From Nannocystales bacterium (GTDB lineage: Bacteria; Myxococcota_A; Polyangia; Nannocystales; Nannocystaceae), in assembly GCA_050633305.1 (NCBI GenBank), contig JBOEGF010000018.1, positions 640,001 to 704,000 on the forward strand: a stretch of DNA of 64,000 nucleotides, read 5' to 3'. Made by a program: the position numbers and the translations under genes. A model generated the notes under the pieces. The model ran no database searches. It saw only the letters and a list, made by a program, of their open reading frames with translations, and was not told the DNA's origin. Positions 51,185 through 61,132 of the stretch are shown here, one piece after another; positions within the stretch are counted from its first letter, which is position 1, and the number at the start of each line of letters is the position of its first letter.

Positions 51185-52474
51185 TCACCGGGGGGGGATG
51201 CGCGGGCTTGCTTGCTTGGCCTTCCGCTCGGCCTCGCGCTTGCGCCGAGCCTTCTGGACCCGCTTTTGCTCCTTTTCGACCACGGAGCCCATGGTCTTGA
51301 GGATGAGCTCGATCTGCGAGCGTTCCAGCTCGCCCCAGATCGTCACCTCGCGGCGGGTGTGTTCGACTTCGATGTCGTCGATCAACCCGCCGAGCATCAT
51401 CTTTGCGGTCAGGTTCCCGTCGATGAAGTCACGGAAGTTGCCGTTCCACCAGCCCAGAAAAGCCTTGGCTCCACCGGAGTTGATGAACTCGAGCCGGAGG
51501 TGAAACTCCGGGTTCTTGCGTGCCTCCATCGTGAACTCGACGTCGTTGGGAAGGTCAAAGGAACCCGCCGACTTCCGCTTCAGCGCTGCATGAAGGTCGT
51601 GCGCGACGAATTGCACGCCCGCGGTGGGGATGCGACGTGCGTACCGCCGCAGTTTGGTCAGCTCGCCGACGAAGTTCGCGGCGGTCTTCTCCTTGCCGAC
51701 TTCCTCGCCGAGGACCGCCGGCAAGAACTCAGGGCGGACGAGTACGGCGATGTTCTTCTTGAGAAGGACGAAGTGTCGCGGGTCGTTGTCCGGGCTGCCG
51801 TCCGCGGGCACAGGGTTGCCGCTGAGGGCGTCGCCTTGCTGCGTCCATTCGATGGTCTGCTTGGACTTGCGCGCGGCCGTTTCAATCTTGGTTTTCATGG
51901 CCTCGGTCGAGATGGTGTGGTCGACCGCGAGGAAGGTCTGAGTGACCGAGCGTAGGTTCGAGCTCGCAACCAGGATGTGGTTCGTGTCCTTGAGCGGATC
52001 GAAGCCTCCCTTGTCGACGAGGTAGCGGAAGTCCGGGAGCGGCCGGATCATGTCCATCGCATCCTGGCCGAATGGCAGTTTGCGGATGTTCCGGGTCGAC
52101 AGAAGCACGTGGTAGTTGGATGAGGGAGGACCCAGCTTGGCGACCTTGGACTTGCGCTTGCCGAGGTCGCGCTTGGGTCCCTCGTCGACGACGGGCTCTT
52201 CCTTCGGAGCTTCCTCTTTCGGAGGTTCTTCGGCTGGAGGCTCCTCGGTCGGTGGCGGCTCGGGCTCGACTTCGGCTGGCGGTACCGGCTCGGCGTTGAC
52301 GTCCGTACCTTGAACCGCGTTGATGTCGACGAGGTCGACCTCGATCATGTCGAATTCGAGATCGATGTCGACGTCGAGGGGTCCTGGGATGAGTGTGAAC
52401 CCGCTCAACAGCAGTGCGCCGTGCATCAGCACGGTGGCCGCGACAGCCGCGGCCCTGCGCCGAGCGTTACTCAC
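51185..52474 (-). CDS. Hypothetical myxobacterial protein with TonB-like N-terminal anchor and Pro/Glu linker
   Basis: TM with V.L.HG, then EP-rich segment; 429 aa. Confidence 0.6.
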   Translation of the reverse strand: MSNARRRAAAVAATVLMHGALLLSGFTLIPGPLDVDIDLEFDMIEVDLVDINAVQGTDVNAEPVPPAEVEPEPPPTEEPPAEEPPKEEAPKEEPVVDEGPKRDLGKRKSKVAKLGPPSSNYHVLLSTRNIRKLPFGQDAMDMIRPLPDFRYLVDKGGFDPLKDTNHILVASSNLRSVTQTFLAVDHTISTEAMKTKIETAARKSKQTIEWTQQGDALSGNPVPADGSPDNDPRHFVLLKKNIAVLVRPEFLPAVLGEEVGKEKTAANFVGELTKLRRYARRIPTAGVQFVAHDLHAALKRKSAGSFDLPNDVEFTMEARKNPEFHLRLEFINSGGAKAFLGWWNGNFRDFIDGNLTAKMMLGGLIDDIEVEHTRREVTIWGELERSQIELILKTMGSVVEKEQKRVQKARRKREAERKAKQASPRIPPR

Positions 52475-52505
52475 GGCAGGATGCTAGCACGCCTGGGAAC
52501 GCGTC

Positions 52506-53357
52506 TCAGTCGAAGCGAGGCGCGCGTCCCATGAGGTCGGGGAGGGCGACCCAACCGGTCTTGCCGTCGAAGCAGACCAGCAGTTCTTCGTCCTCGAGGT
52601 GCATTTTGCACTCGGGGTCCTCCACCAGCTCGCTCAATCGCAGCGCGCCAAAAATCTCGCCCTCGGTGTCGAGGAACCAGTGCTTGCGTTCGAACCGCCG
52701 CTTGGCGATCTCTCGCATCCGTTCCAGCTCGGCGATATAGGCCTGCTTCTCGTCGTCGTCCCAACGCCCGTTGCGATTGGAGTCCCAGTGCGTCAACAAA
52801 CCAGCCGATGACGCCGCGGCTTCGCGTTCATCCGCTTCGGCCTCCAGACGATGCTCCAGCTCTTCGAGCGCAGCGGCTTCGGAGAAGAACCCCTGCTCCT
52901 CGAGCTCGAGGCGCCGCTTGTGCAGCTGGTCGAGCAAGTGTGCTTCACGCCAGCGCGAAGGCATCAACCCAAGCCGCTGAAGGATCCATGGGGTGAACAG
53001 GCCGGTTCCCGGGACTGGGAACGCGGAGTTGGCCGCCGCGATCAGACCGGCGGGGAACACCTTGACCATGTCGAGTAGTTGGGCGCGAACTTTGTCGCGC
53101 TCGGCTGCAGACACTTCACCCCCCTGCGCTCGGGCGATGATGATGCCCATCGCCTCCTTGCTTTCGTTCAGCTCTCCGACGAAGTTGCGCCAATGCAGGG
53201 AGGCCGTCGCCTTCGCCGAGCTGGTCATCCGCGTGATGAGGCTTGGGGGGCGCTCGAGGGCCTCGAGCTCCAGCTGCAGCTCATGGAGCGCACGCGTCTC
53301 CACACCCCGCGCCGACAACCGCTTCGCCACGTCGTCGAGCGTGTGATCGACCGTCAT
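52506..53357 (-). CDS. LETM1-like domain protein with EF-hand loop
   Basis: ELNESKE..AERDKVRAQLLDMVKVFP..PGTG..LMPS; DSNRNGRWDDDE loop. Confidence 0.55.
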   Translation of the reverse strand: MTVDHTLDDVAKRLSARGVETRALHELQLELEALERPPSLITRMTSSAKATASLHWRNFVGELNESKEAMGIIIARAQGGEVSAAERDKVRAQLLDMVKVFPAGLIAAANSAFPVPGTGLFTPWILQRLGLMPSRWREAHLLDQLHKRRLELEEQGFFSEAAALEELEHRLEAEADEREAAASSAGLLTHWDSNRNGRWDDDEKQAYIAELERMREIAKRRFERKHWFLDTEGEIFGALRLSELVEDPECKMHLEDEELLVCFDGKTGWVALPDLMGRAPRFD

Positions 53358-53388
53358 GCCCGAAGTATACGACCCGCAGGCGGCGAAC

Positions 53389-54123
53389 TCAGTTCAAGGT
53401 TCGCGCCCGTCGTCCGAGCTGGCTGGCGAGCTTGCGGAGTTCGGCGCCGCGGGGGTGTAGGGATGACAGCTGCTCCACGACCTCGGCTGCGCGGTCATGC
53501 GAGCCCCGACGCAGGTAGTGGTGGTGCAAGTTGTTGCAAACCCGGACCAGAATCGAGCGCGTGGGCGCAGGAACGAGAGCATCACGCAGAAGGGGGGCGG
53601 CCGCGGTGATGTGGCGGCCGGTCGCACGCGTATACAGCTCCGCGAGGCGGGAAAACGGCACCGTTTGCCCGCCGTCGAACGGGTCGAACACCATGGGGCT
53701 CGGACCGTCGAGGTTCACCCCGACCAGAAAGTGTCCAGGGAAGCCGACGCCTTGCAGGTCGATGCCGCACGTCTGCGCGAGATGGATCGCCAGTGCGCTC
53801 AGGGTGATCGGGAGGCCGTGGCCGGTCTCGAGAACACGGTCGACGAAGCTGTTGTCGACACGTTCATAGGTGTCGCCGGCACCGCCGAATCCTTCATCGC
53901 GCAGGAGCGCCATCAGCCGGACCGCGCCACCTTCATGGTCTCCGTGTTGCGTGGCGTCGCGGGTGTGGAGCTCAGCTTTGGCTTTCAGAGCCTCGAGCCG
54001 CTCCGCGTAGCCCGACCACACATAGCCCCGCTGCAGGTGATCGGAGAGCGCCTCCAAGGCCCGCATCAGCTGGCCGGGAAAAGGTTCACGCTGCGCGATG
54101 GTGACGAACGCCGATTCGGTCAC
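53389..54123 (-). CDS. SirB1 / transglutaminase-like family protein
   Basis: NSFVDRVLETGHGLPITLS, GVGFPGHFLV, FDPFDGG, ILVRVCNNL; GTGA overlap with the def stop. Confidence 0.8.
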   Translation of the reverse strand: MTESAFVTIAQREPFPGQLMRALEALSDHLQRGYVWSGYAERLEALKAKAELHTRDATQHGDHEGGAVRLMALLRDEGFGGAGDTYERVDNSFVDRVLETGHGLPITLSALAIHLAQTCGIDLQGVGFPGHFLVGVNLDGPSPMVFDPFDGGQTVPFSRLAELYTRATGRHITAAAPLLRDALVPAPTRSILVRVCNNLHHHYLRRGSHDRAAEVVEQLSSLHPRGAELRKLASQLGRRARTLN

Positions 54124-54695
54124 GAGCCGTACCGTGCCACGACGGACTCGACGTTGCGACGGAAGGCATCTTCGTAATGCATCGCGAATGCCTTCCATGT
54201 GCACAGCGTGGTGGTGTCGCTGACTCGGTCGAGGAACAGCTTTCCGTCGAGGTGGTCGACCTCATGGGCGTACGTGCCCGCCGTGACGCCTGCGATCTCG
54301 TGGTCGATCGCGTTCCCGTGACGATCGAGAGCCTGGACCCGCAGGCGAGCATGTCGACGCACGACGCCCCGCATGTCTGGAACCGAGAGGCATCCCTCGT
54401 AGTTCTCGAACGTGTCGTCGCCGACCGGCGTGAGGACCGGGTTGACGAGAATCGTCAGCGGGATGTCCGGCTTGTACGGGTAGCGCGGGTTCTTATCGAC
54501 CTCGAGCGCGCAGATCCTGATCGGGCGGTAGACTTGGTTGGCGGCCAGGCCGGCCCCCCGTGCGTCGCGCATCGTTTCGACGAGGTCGTCGATGAAGGTT
54601 TGCACGTCGCCGCTGGCGAGCGCCTCGGCGCTCACGGGCTCAGCAGCGGTTCGAAGAACAGGCGTGCCCACTTGGGCGATCTTGAGCAGCGTCAT
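54120..54695 (-). CDS. def: Peptide deformylase
   Basis: GAGLAANQ, EGCLS, HEVDHLDG. Confidence 0.95.
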   Translation of the reverse strand: MTLLKIAQVGTPVLRTAAEPVSAEALASGDVQTFIDDLVETMRDARGAGLAANQVYRPIRICALEVDKNPRYPYKPDIPLTILVNPVLTPVGDDTFENYEGCLSVPDMRGVVRRHARLRVQALDRHGNAIDHEIAGVTAGTYAHEVDHLDGKLFLDRVSDTTTLCTWKAFAMHYEDAFRRNVESVVARYGS

Positions 54696-54699
54696 CGGG

Positions 54700-56460
54700 C
54701 TATTTGATGACCTTGGCCTTGAGCGCCGCCTTGCCGTCCTTGACGTACACGGTGAACTGCACCCGCTTGATGTCGGGGCGCTTGGCTTTGAGGTCGCGCT
54801 CGTTTTTCCGCAGCTTGGCTGCGAACCGCTCGTAGGTGAGGTTGGCGGTGGGCTCGCCGCAGGCTTGCTTGACCTGCACGAACTCCTCGAAGATCTCCCC
54901 AAACTCCTCCTCGGGAGGTTCGGCTTCGGGCGGCGAAGGTGTCGCTGCTGGGGGCGCAGGGACGGGCGCGGGTGCTGCCGGAGGAGGTGCGGCGGGCTGC
55001 GGGACCGCGGGTGCCGGAGCCGTGTGCCTCGGTGCTGGAACGGGAACGGGAACGGGAGCGGGAGCCGGGACCGCGGAGGGTGCCGGGGCCGCGAACGCCG
55101 GAGGCGCTGCAGCTTCGGGCGTCGCCGCGGGCGCGGGCGCTGGGGTGTCTTCGGCCGCGGGCTGGACTCCGGTTTTGGCCCGTCGCCGGCTTCCGGTGTT
55201 GGTGGCCGACGACTCTTGCTGCCCCTCACCGAGCTTCTGGTGGGCTCGGGTCAGCCGGCGGCGCCGGGATGTTCGGGTTCGACGGGGAGCGGGCTCTTCC
55301 TCTTCGGCCACGCCGTCGTCGTCGATGTCGAGCTCGGCGAGGAAGGCTTGTCGGAGCGCCTCGTACGCGCCTGCGGCGGCGCGTGCTGTCTGCCCCGGTG
55401 TGCCTCCGTAGCGGTCATGGAAGACTTGGTGCTGCTGCCCGACGGCGAGCGCGTTGAACTCTTGAGCGAGGCGCCGCATGGGCCCGATCGCTTCGAGGTA
55501 CGGCAAGTACACGGCAAGGGCCCCGGAGAGCAGGAGGAGTCCGACCAGGATGGGCCAGTTGACGCGGACGCCCTTGCGTCGCGCTTCGCTGATGGCGGCC
55601 GCGATGTCCTGCTGACTCGCGGCAGCGGTCTCCCGGCTCATCACAATGAGGATCGCGCCGTTGTCCCCCTTGCCTGCCGGCCCGGGCACTCGCCCCATCG
55701 CGCCGATGCGCTTGTCGAGGCCGGAGCCCATGGCGAACACGTTGCTCGAGCCGTCGCTTGGAACTTCGGAACTCCGCTCTGCGGCGAGCGCTTCGATCTC
55801 ATCGCCGATGGGTTGGTCGCCGATGATCTCGCCGACGAGTTTTCCGTCGCGAACGATCCCCGCGGGCGTCTCGGATCCGAGGACTCGCCGAAGCAGAGAG
55901 CCCGCGCCCAGGTTGAGTTTGTCGACGCCGACCAGTCGCTGGTCGCCGACGACGGAACGCGTGACCTTGGCGACGTGGATCTCATCGCCGAGCGTGATCG
56001 AGAACTGTCCATCCTCCGTCGGAGGAATGCTCCGAAACGCCTCGGTTGCGATGACGTCGGCCATCGATGCTTCGGCGAGGCCGTTGGATGCCACGATCTT
56101 TCCCGAGCCGTTGACCACCGCGACGGTGATGTTCGACTTGGTGCGAACGCGGAGCGCCTCGGTCGCTTCTGCGAGGACCTGAGACAGTGGCGTGACTTCG
56201 TCGTCGTCGTCGTCTTTGGGGTCGCGAGCGAGGGCTTCCCGGAGACTGTCGTCGAGGACCAGCGCATTGACCTGTTGCACGGTCGACGCGCTGATCTCGG
56301 CGGTCAGGGCAGCGACCCCGGCCTCGGTGACGGCTCGCACCGCGTCCCGATCTGCGTCCGTGAAGTCGCCGCTTTGGCCGGCGGAGAGGAGGAACATGCC
56401 GGCGAGGCAGCCCGTGGCGAGGACAGCCAGAAGGACGGCCCAGATGCGCGTAAGTAGCAC
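54700..56460 (-). CDS. MXAN_5187 family membrane protein
   Basis: Two TMs flanking a periplasmic domain, Pro/Ala linker, C-terminal FAAKLRKNE..VQFTVYVKDGKAALKA. Confidence 0.75.
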   Translation of the reverse strand: MLLTRIWAVLLAVLATGCLAGMFLLSAGQSGDFTDADRDAVRAVTEAGVAALTAEISASTVQQVNALVLDDSLREALARDPKDDDDDEVTPLSQVLAEATEALRVRTKSNITVAVVNGSGKIVASNGLAEASMADVIATEAFRSIPPTEDGQFSITLGDEIHVAKVTRSVVGDQRLVGVDKLNLGAGSLLRRVLGSETPAGIVRDGKLVGEIIGDQPIGDEIEALAAERSSEVPSDGSSNVFAMGSGLDKRIGAMGRVPGPAGKGDNGAILIVMSRETAAASQQDIAAAISEARRKGVRVNWPILVGLLLLSGALAVYLPYLEAIGPMRRLAQEFNALAVGQQHQVFHDRYGGTPGQTARAAAGAYEALRQAFLAELDIDDDGVAEEEEPAPRRTRTSRRRRLTRAHQKLGEGQQESSATNTGSRRRAKTGVQPAAEDTPAPAPAATPEAAAPPAFAAPAPSAVPAPAPVPVPVPAPRHTAPAPAVPQPAAPPPAAPAPVPAPPAATPSPPEAEPPEEEFGEIFEEFVQVKQACGEPTANLTYERFAAKLRKNERDLKAKRPDIKRVQFTVYVKDGKAALKAKVIK

Positions 56461-56582
56461 GGTTGCTCCAGAGTGTAGGCCGGGGCGCGGCCCTACCGCA
56501 ATGCTCGTCAGCGCCCCTACGGCCAACCGGCCTGACATAAAAAAGGTTGCAACGCCTGGCGTGGGCGGTCGACCGGGATGTC

Positions 56583-58433
56583 ATGCGGACCCTCTGGGCC
56601 TGGGTGCTTGTGATCAGCGGAGTTGGAGGCGGGCTCGCGCTCGGTTCAGCGCCTTGGCTGCACCCCGCCTGGATCGGCGTTTTCTTGGCGCTGGCGGCTA
56701 CTGCGTTGGGGGTCGCCCGCGTGGCCCAGGGGTGGGGATGGGTCGCGTTTGGGCTTGCGCTTGTCCTGCTTGCCCTCACGCGAGGCGCTTCCGTGGGGCT
56801 CCGGGCCGAGGAGATCGTCGAGGCCGACCGCCGTGGGTTGGCTGAACGCACGCGTTCCCTCACCGTGGAGTCCGCGAGCACGCCTGGCCCGACATGCCGG
56901 GTCGATGCCCGGACCGCACGAGGAACCCCGGTCACGCTCGCGCTCCCGCTCGATCTGTGTCCCCTGTGGTGGGGGGAGCGCGTGGCTGTCCTCTCCGCCG
57001 ACCTGCACACCGACTCAGCTCGCAGCACGCCAGATCGCCGCACCCTCGTATTTGCCAGCCGCGCGTGGAGGCACCCCGCGCCACTTCGCCGCACATGGCC
57101 CGAGCGTGTTCGTGCTCGGATCTCTCGCGGTCTGGCCGAGGTCCGACAGAGTGGCTGGGACGGCGCTCGTGGTCGGCCCGCCCGGGGCTTCGTTGTCGCG
57201 AGCAGTCTTGGATTGTCGGCGTCGCTTCCCCCGGGGATTCGCGCGGAACTCCAACAGGCGGGGTTGGGCCATCTCATCGCCATCTCCGGGCTCCATGTGG
57301 GCCTTGCCGCGTGGGCATGGCTCGCCGTGTTGCGGTGGTCGTTGGCGCCTTGGTCGTGGGGGGCACGGGCAGCGCTCGTGTTGTCGGCGCTGCCCGTCGT
57401 GGCCTACGTCGTACTCACCGGTGCCGCTGCTCCGGCGGTTCGTGCTGCCATGATGCTCGGGCTCGTCGGGCTCGGGGCGGTGGTGGGCCGACCCTCGCAC
57501 TCTCCCACCGTGTTGGTCGTCGCCGCAGCGGCCATGGTCTTCGTGCGCCCACAATGGTTGTTGGAGCCGGGCTTTCAGCTCTCCATCGCCGCGATGGTCG
57601 TGTTGGTGGGGTTGCCCGCAACCGCGGGTGCGGCGTTCACGAGCTGGCATCTGGGGTGGGCTCTGCTGCCGCTGCTTTGGCTGCATTTCGACGCCGCGTC
57701 TGATGGAAGCGTGCTCGCCAATGCCCTCGCCGTGCCCGTGTTCAGCTTGTGGGTCGTTCCGGCCGCGGCCGTGGGCTGGGCGTTGGTGCCGATCTTCGGC
57801 GGGGCGGCGCTCGATCCGGCTGCGGCCGGGGCGGCGCTAATCCTCGATGTTGCGCAGCTCGTGTCGTCGTGGCCCGAGTTCCCCCGCTGGGCATGGGTCT
57901 GCGGCGCGGCCTTGGCCTGGGTGCCCGGACTTCGCAGCAGGGTGTCCCCGTCCTCCCGCGCCTGGCTCCCGCATCGAGGCGCGGCCCTCTTCCTTCTATG
58001 CGCCGCAGCGGTGTCCTTGCGCAGCAAGACCCCGCTGCCTGGTTGGACCGCATGGTCCAGCCGCGGCGACCCCGAGGTGCTCAGCGTCGACTCAGCCGGC
58101 CGCGCGTGCGCCCGTTCGCCCTCAGCGTCCCCCGCACGATGGCGGAGCCGGCTTCAGTCCGTCGGGGCCCGGACTCTGTCCGGCATTCAACAGGCCCCGG
58201 GCGTTTCGATTCGGGACCCCGCAGCTGTGGCCTGGCGTACCGCCGTTTCTCCGGACCCCGTGAGACGTGGCGTCCCGGACTGTTCGTTTCCCGATCACAC
58301 GGACGTTCGCGCAGCCCTGCGGGTTTGCTCCTCGTTCTCCTCTTCTCCCACGGCTCGGCGTCCTGATGAGGGCGTTCTCGAGTGCTGGAGCGCGCGCCTG
58401 GGAGCCTGGCGCCCTGCTCGGATACAATCATGA
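56583..58433 (+). CDS. comEC: ComEC/Rec2 family competence protein
   Basis: AGLGHLIAISGLHVG, GAAAPAVRAAMM, PGFQLS, LANALAVP. Confidence 0.85.
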   Translation: MRTLWAWVLVISGVGGGLALGSAPWLHPAWIGVFLALAATALGVARVAQGWGWVAFGLALVLLALTRGASVGLRAEEIVEADRRGLAERTRSLTVESASTPGPTCRVDARTARGTPVTLALPLDLCPLWWGERVAVLSADLHTDSARSTPDRRTLVFASRAWRHPAPLRRTWPERVRARISRGLAEVRQSGWDGARGRPARGFVVASSLGLSASLPPGIRAELQQAGLGHLIAISGLHVGLAAWAWLAVLRWSLAPWSWGARAALVLSALPVVAYVVLTGAAAPAVRAAMMLGLVGLGAVVGRPSHSPTVLVVAAAAMVFVRPQWLLEPGFQLSIAAMVVLVGLPATAGAAFTSWHLGWALLPLLWLHFDAASDGSVLANALAVPVFSLWVVPAAAVGWALVPIFGGAALDPAAAGAALILDVAQLVSSWPEFPRWAWVCGAALAWVPGLRSRVSPSSRAWLPHRGAALFLLCAAAVSLRSKTPLPGWTAWSSRGDPEVLSVDSAGRACARSPSASPARWRSRLQSVGARTLSGIQQAPGVSIRDPAAVAWRTAVSPDPVRRGVPDCSFPDHTDVRAALRVCSSFSSSPTARRPDEGVLECWSARLGAWRPARIQS

Positions 58434-58912
58434 CGACCTCCCCCATGCGCGCGACACCGAATCTGATCCCCGCTCTCGTCGAGGCGAGCGGAACCCACGA
58501 AGGGCGAGAGCATGTGATGCCCTACGGGGAACACATCCTGGGACGAGGCCGTGGCGCCACGGTGATCCTCGATGACCCCGACGTCAGCCGTCAGCACGCG
58601 AGGATCGTCGTCGATTCCGATGGCCTCACGGTGTTCGACCTGGGCAGCAAGAATGGAGTCCTCGTTGGCGGCCGCCGGGTCGACTCCGCGATGAGTCTGG
58701 GCCATGGCGACGAACTCACCGTCGGGGACATTCGTCTGCGCGTGCAGCACCCCGCGGCTCAGGTGGCGTCGGCCTTGGCGGCCGCCGGTGAGGCCACCGC
58801 CACCGTGACCAACACGCGCGACGAGCGAGATGCGCCGATGATGGGCCTGTTGGGGCCCATCCTCGGCGTCGTCGGGTTCGGGACCGTGGTCGCGGTGTTG
58901 CTTTTGGTATAG
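58430..58912 (+). CDS. FHA domain protein with C-terminal TM
   Basis: LGRG, VSRQHA, DLGSKNG; ATGA overlap with comEC. Confidence 0.85.
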   Translation: MTTSPMRATPNLIPALVEASGTHEGREHVMPYGEHILGRGRGATVILDDPDVSRQHARIVVDSDGLTVFDLGSKNGVLVGGRRVDSAMSLGHGDELTVGDIRLRVQHPAAQVASALAAAGEATATVTNTRDERDAPMMGLLGPILGVVGFGTVVAVLLLV

Positions 58913-58919
58913 ACGGCCG

Positions 58920-60296
58920 GTGGTCGACCGATCTGCGCTCGCACGCCTCCCCAAGGTCGATGCCGTTCTCGACGCCGAGCCGCTCTGCGGAGCCGGTTGG
59001 CATCGGCCGCTGGCTCGCCGGGCTGTGCAGGCTGCGCTCGAGGAACTGCGTCGCGCCGTCCTGAGCGGAGCATCGGTCGACATCCCCGATGCCGCTGCAC
59101 TCGCGACGTCCGTTGGACGAACCCTCGAGGGGTGGGCTCGCCCTCGACCGATGCGGGTGATCAACGCGACGGGCGTCATCCTGCACACCAACCTTGGTCG
59201 GGCGCCGCTCTCCCAAGCCGCGGTCGATGCGATGGCCGATGCCGCGCTCTATTGTGACCTCGAGGTCGGGCTCTCCGACGGGAAGCGCGGTTCGAGGTTC
59301 GCGTGGTTGCGTCCGTTCATGGGCGCGGTCATCGGCGCCGCGGATGTTCACGTGGTGAACAACAACGCGGCCGCGCTCTTGTTGGCCTGTACCGTGTTGG
59401 GTGCGCCGGGCGGGGTCGTGCTCTCCCGGGGCCAGATGGTCGAGATCGGCGACAGCTTTCGCGTTGCGACCATGGCAGGCGCTGGCGGCATTCGTGTCGT
59501 TGCCGTGGGAAGCACCAATCGTACCCACCTGCGGGACTACGAGCAGGCTCTCGATGGCGACGGCCCTGATGCGCAGTGCGTGCCCGCTTCGGCATTGCTG
59601 TGGTGCCACCAGAGCAACTTCAAGCAAGACGGCTATGTCAAAGAAGTTGGGCTGGCCGAACTCGCGAAGCTGGCCAAGGCCAGGGACGTGCCCCTCATCG
59701 CCGACCTGGGCAGCGGCTCGCTGGGTGCCGGCCTGCCCGCAGTCGAACCGACGATCGGTGAGTACCTCGAACAGGGCGTCGACCTTGTCCTTGCCAGCGG
59801 CGACAAGCTCCTTGGCGGACCTCAGGCGGGGATCATTGCTGGCACGGCAAAGTACGTCGAGCGCTGTCGTCGGTTCCCGATGGCCCGCGCGCTACGCCCC
59901 GATAAGACCACGCTTGCGGCTCTTCACGCGACGTTCGCGGCGCACGCCCGAGCTGGAACTCCATCGATCCCGCTCCACGAGATGGTCGCTTTGGACGAGG
60001 CGGGGCTCCGGGCCCGGGCCGACGCAATCCGTCTGGCTCTGGGGTGGGGAGAAGAGCGGATCGTGCCGCTGAAGGCGGCGATCGGGGGCGGGAGCTTGCC
60101 GGGCGATACCATGCCGAGCGTGGGTCTTTGGGTTCCGTGCGCCAAGCCGTCGGCGACAGCGCGCGCACTTCGTCTCGGCGAGCTGCCGGTCATCGGGCGC
60201 ATCGAAGACGAACGATTGTTGCTCGATCTTCGCACCGTCGACCCGCGGGACGATGCCGCCTTGCGCACGGCGCTCGCAACCTTGGCCGATGCCTGA
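58920..60296 (+). CDS. selA: L-seryl-tRNA(Sec) selenium transferase
   Basis: VINATGVILHTNLGRAPL, VNNNAAA, SRGQMVEIG, VGSTNRTH, DLGSG, SGDKLLGGPQAGII. Confidence 0.93.
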   Translation: MVDRSALARLPKVDAVLDAEPLCGAGWHRPLARRAVQAALEELRRAVLSGASVDIPDAAALATSVGRTLEGWARPRPMRVINATGVILHTNLGRAPLSQAAVDAMADAALYCDLEVGLSDGKRGSRFAWLRPFMGAVIGAADVHVVNNNAAALLLACTVLGAPGGVVLSRGQMVEIGDSFRVATMAGAGGIRVVAVGSTNRTHLRDYEQALDGDGPDAQCVPASALLWCHQSNFKQDGYVKEVGLAELAKLAKARDVPLIADLGSGSLGAGLPAVEPTIGEYLEQGVDLVLASGDKLLGGPQAGIIAGTAKYVERCRRFPMARALRPDKTTLAALHATFAAHARAGTPSIPLHEMVALDEAGLRARADAIRLALGWGEERIVPLKAAIGGGSLPGDTMPSVGLWVPCAKPSATARALRLGELPVIGRIEDERLLLDLRTVDPRDDAALRTALATLADA

Positions 60297-61122
60297 GCTG
60301 CCCGAGGTGGAGTTCGGCCGGCGCCAGCTTGCCGAGGCGCTGGTCGGGGAGACGATCGCAGAGGTCGACGCGGCGGACGACTGCATCGTCTACGAAGGCG
60401 TCTCGCCCGAGATGGTTGTCGCGGCGCTTCGAGGCGCCCGCGTTCTGGGGGCGCATCGGCGCGGCAAACAGCTCTGGCTTTCGCTCGATCGTCGGCCGTG
60501 GCCGTTGTTTCACTTCGGCATGACCGGTGGGTTCGTCACCCCGGATGCGCCCGGACTTCAGCTCCATACTGGGCCAAGTCTCGGCGCTGTCTGGCCTCCT
60601 CGGTTCTCGAAGCTGGTGCTCACCACCGCCTCTGGTCGGCGGCTCAGCATGACCAACGCGCGGCGGCTCGGGCGGATTCGTCTGCGCGAAGACCCGCCCA
60701 ACGAGTCTCCGATCGCCGAGCTGGGCTTCGACCCGTTGCTCGAGCCTCCCGAGGCGGAGACGCTGCTGGAGAAACTCAAACGTCGCCGCGGGGCGCTCAA
60801 GGGCCTGCTGCTCGACCAGCGCTTCGCAGCGGGGGTCGGCAACTGGGTGGCCGACGAGGTACTCCACGCTGCCGGCCTCGACCCGCGCCGCGTGGCGAAC
60901 ACGCTGAGCATTCAGGACGCACAGAGGCTCGCGTGGGCGCTGACGGACATCACCAAAAAAGCGGTCGACGCCGATGCCGACGCCGACCGCTACCCAAAAG
61001 GGTGGTTGTTTCACCGACGCTGGCATCCGACTGAAGGCATGACGACAGCCAAGGGGGACGCCATCGAGCTCCTCACGGTCGCGGGACGAACGACCGTGTG
61101 GGTGCCTGCGCGGCAGCACTAA
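60289..61122 (+). CDS. mutM: Fpg/Nei family DNA glycosylase (zincless-finger type)
   Basis: MPELPEVE, RRGKQ, HFGMTG, LLDQ..AGVGNWVADE; C-terminus GRTTVWVPARQ without Cys. Confidence 0.88.
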   Translation: MPELPEVEFGRRQLAEALVGETIAEVDAADDCIVYEGVSPEMVVAALRGARVLGAHRRGKQLWLSLDRRPWPLFHFGMTGGFVTPDAPGLQLHTGPSLGAVWPPRFSKLVLTTASGRRLSMTNARRLGRIRLREDPPNESPIAELGFDPLLEPPEAETLLEKLKRRRGALKGLLLDQRFAAGVGNWVADEVLHAAGLDPRRVANTLSIQDAQRLAWALTDITKKAVDADADADRYPKGWLFHRRWHPTEGMTTAKGDAIELLTVAGRTTVWVPARQH

Positions 61123-61132
61123 ACCTGCGCCG

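Noticed and set aside
58920..60296. Functional link between selA and the Hxs cassette
   Set aside because: About 12 kb apart with unrelated genes between; no in-frame TGA in the cassette; selB, selC and selD not seen in the window.
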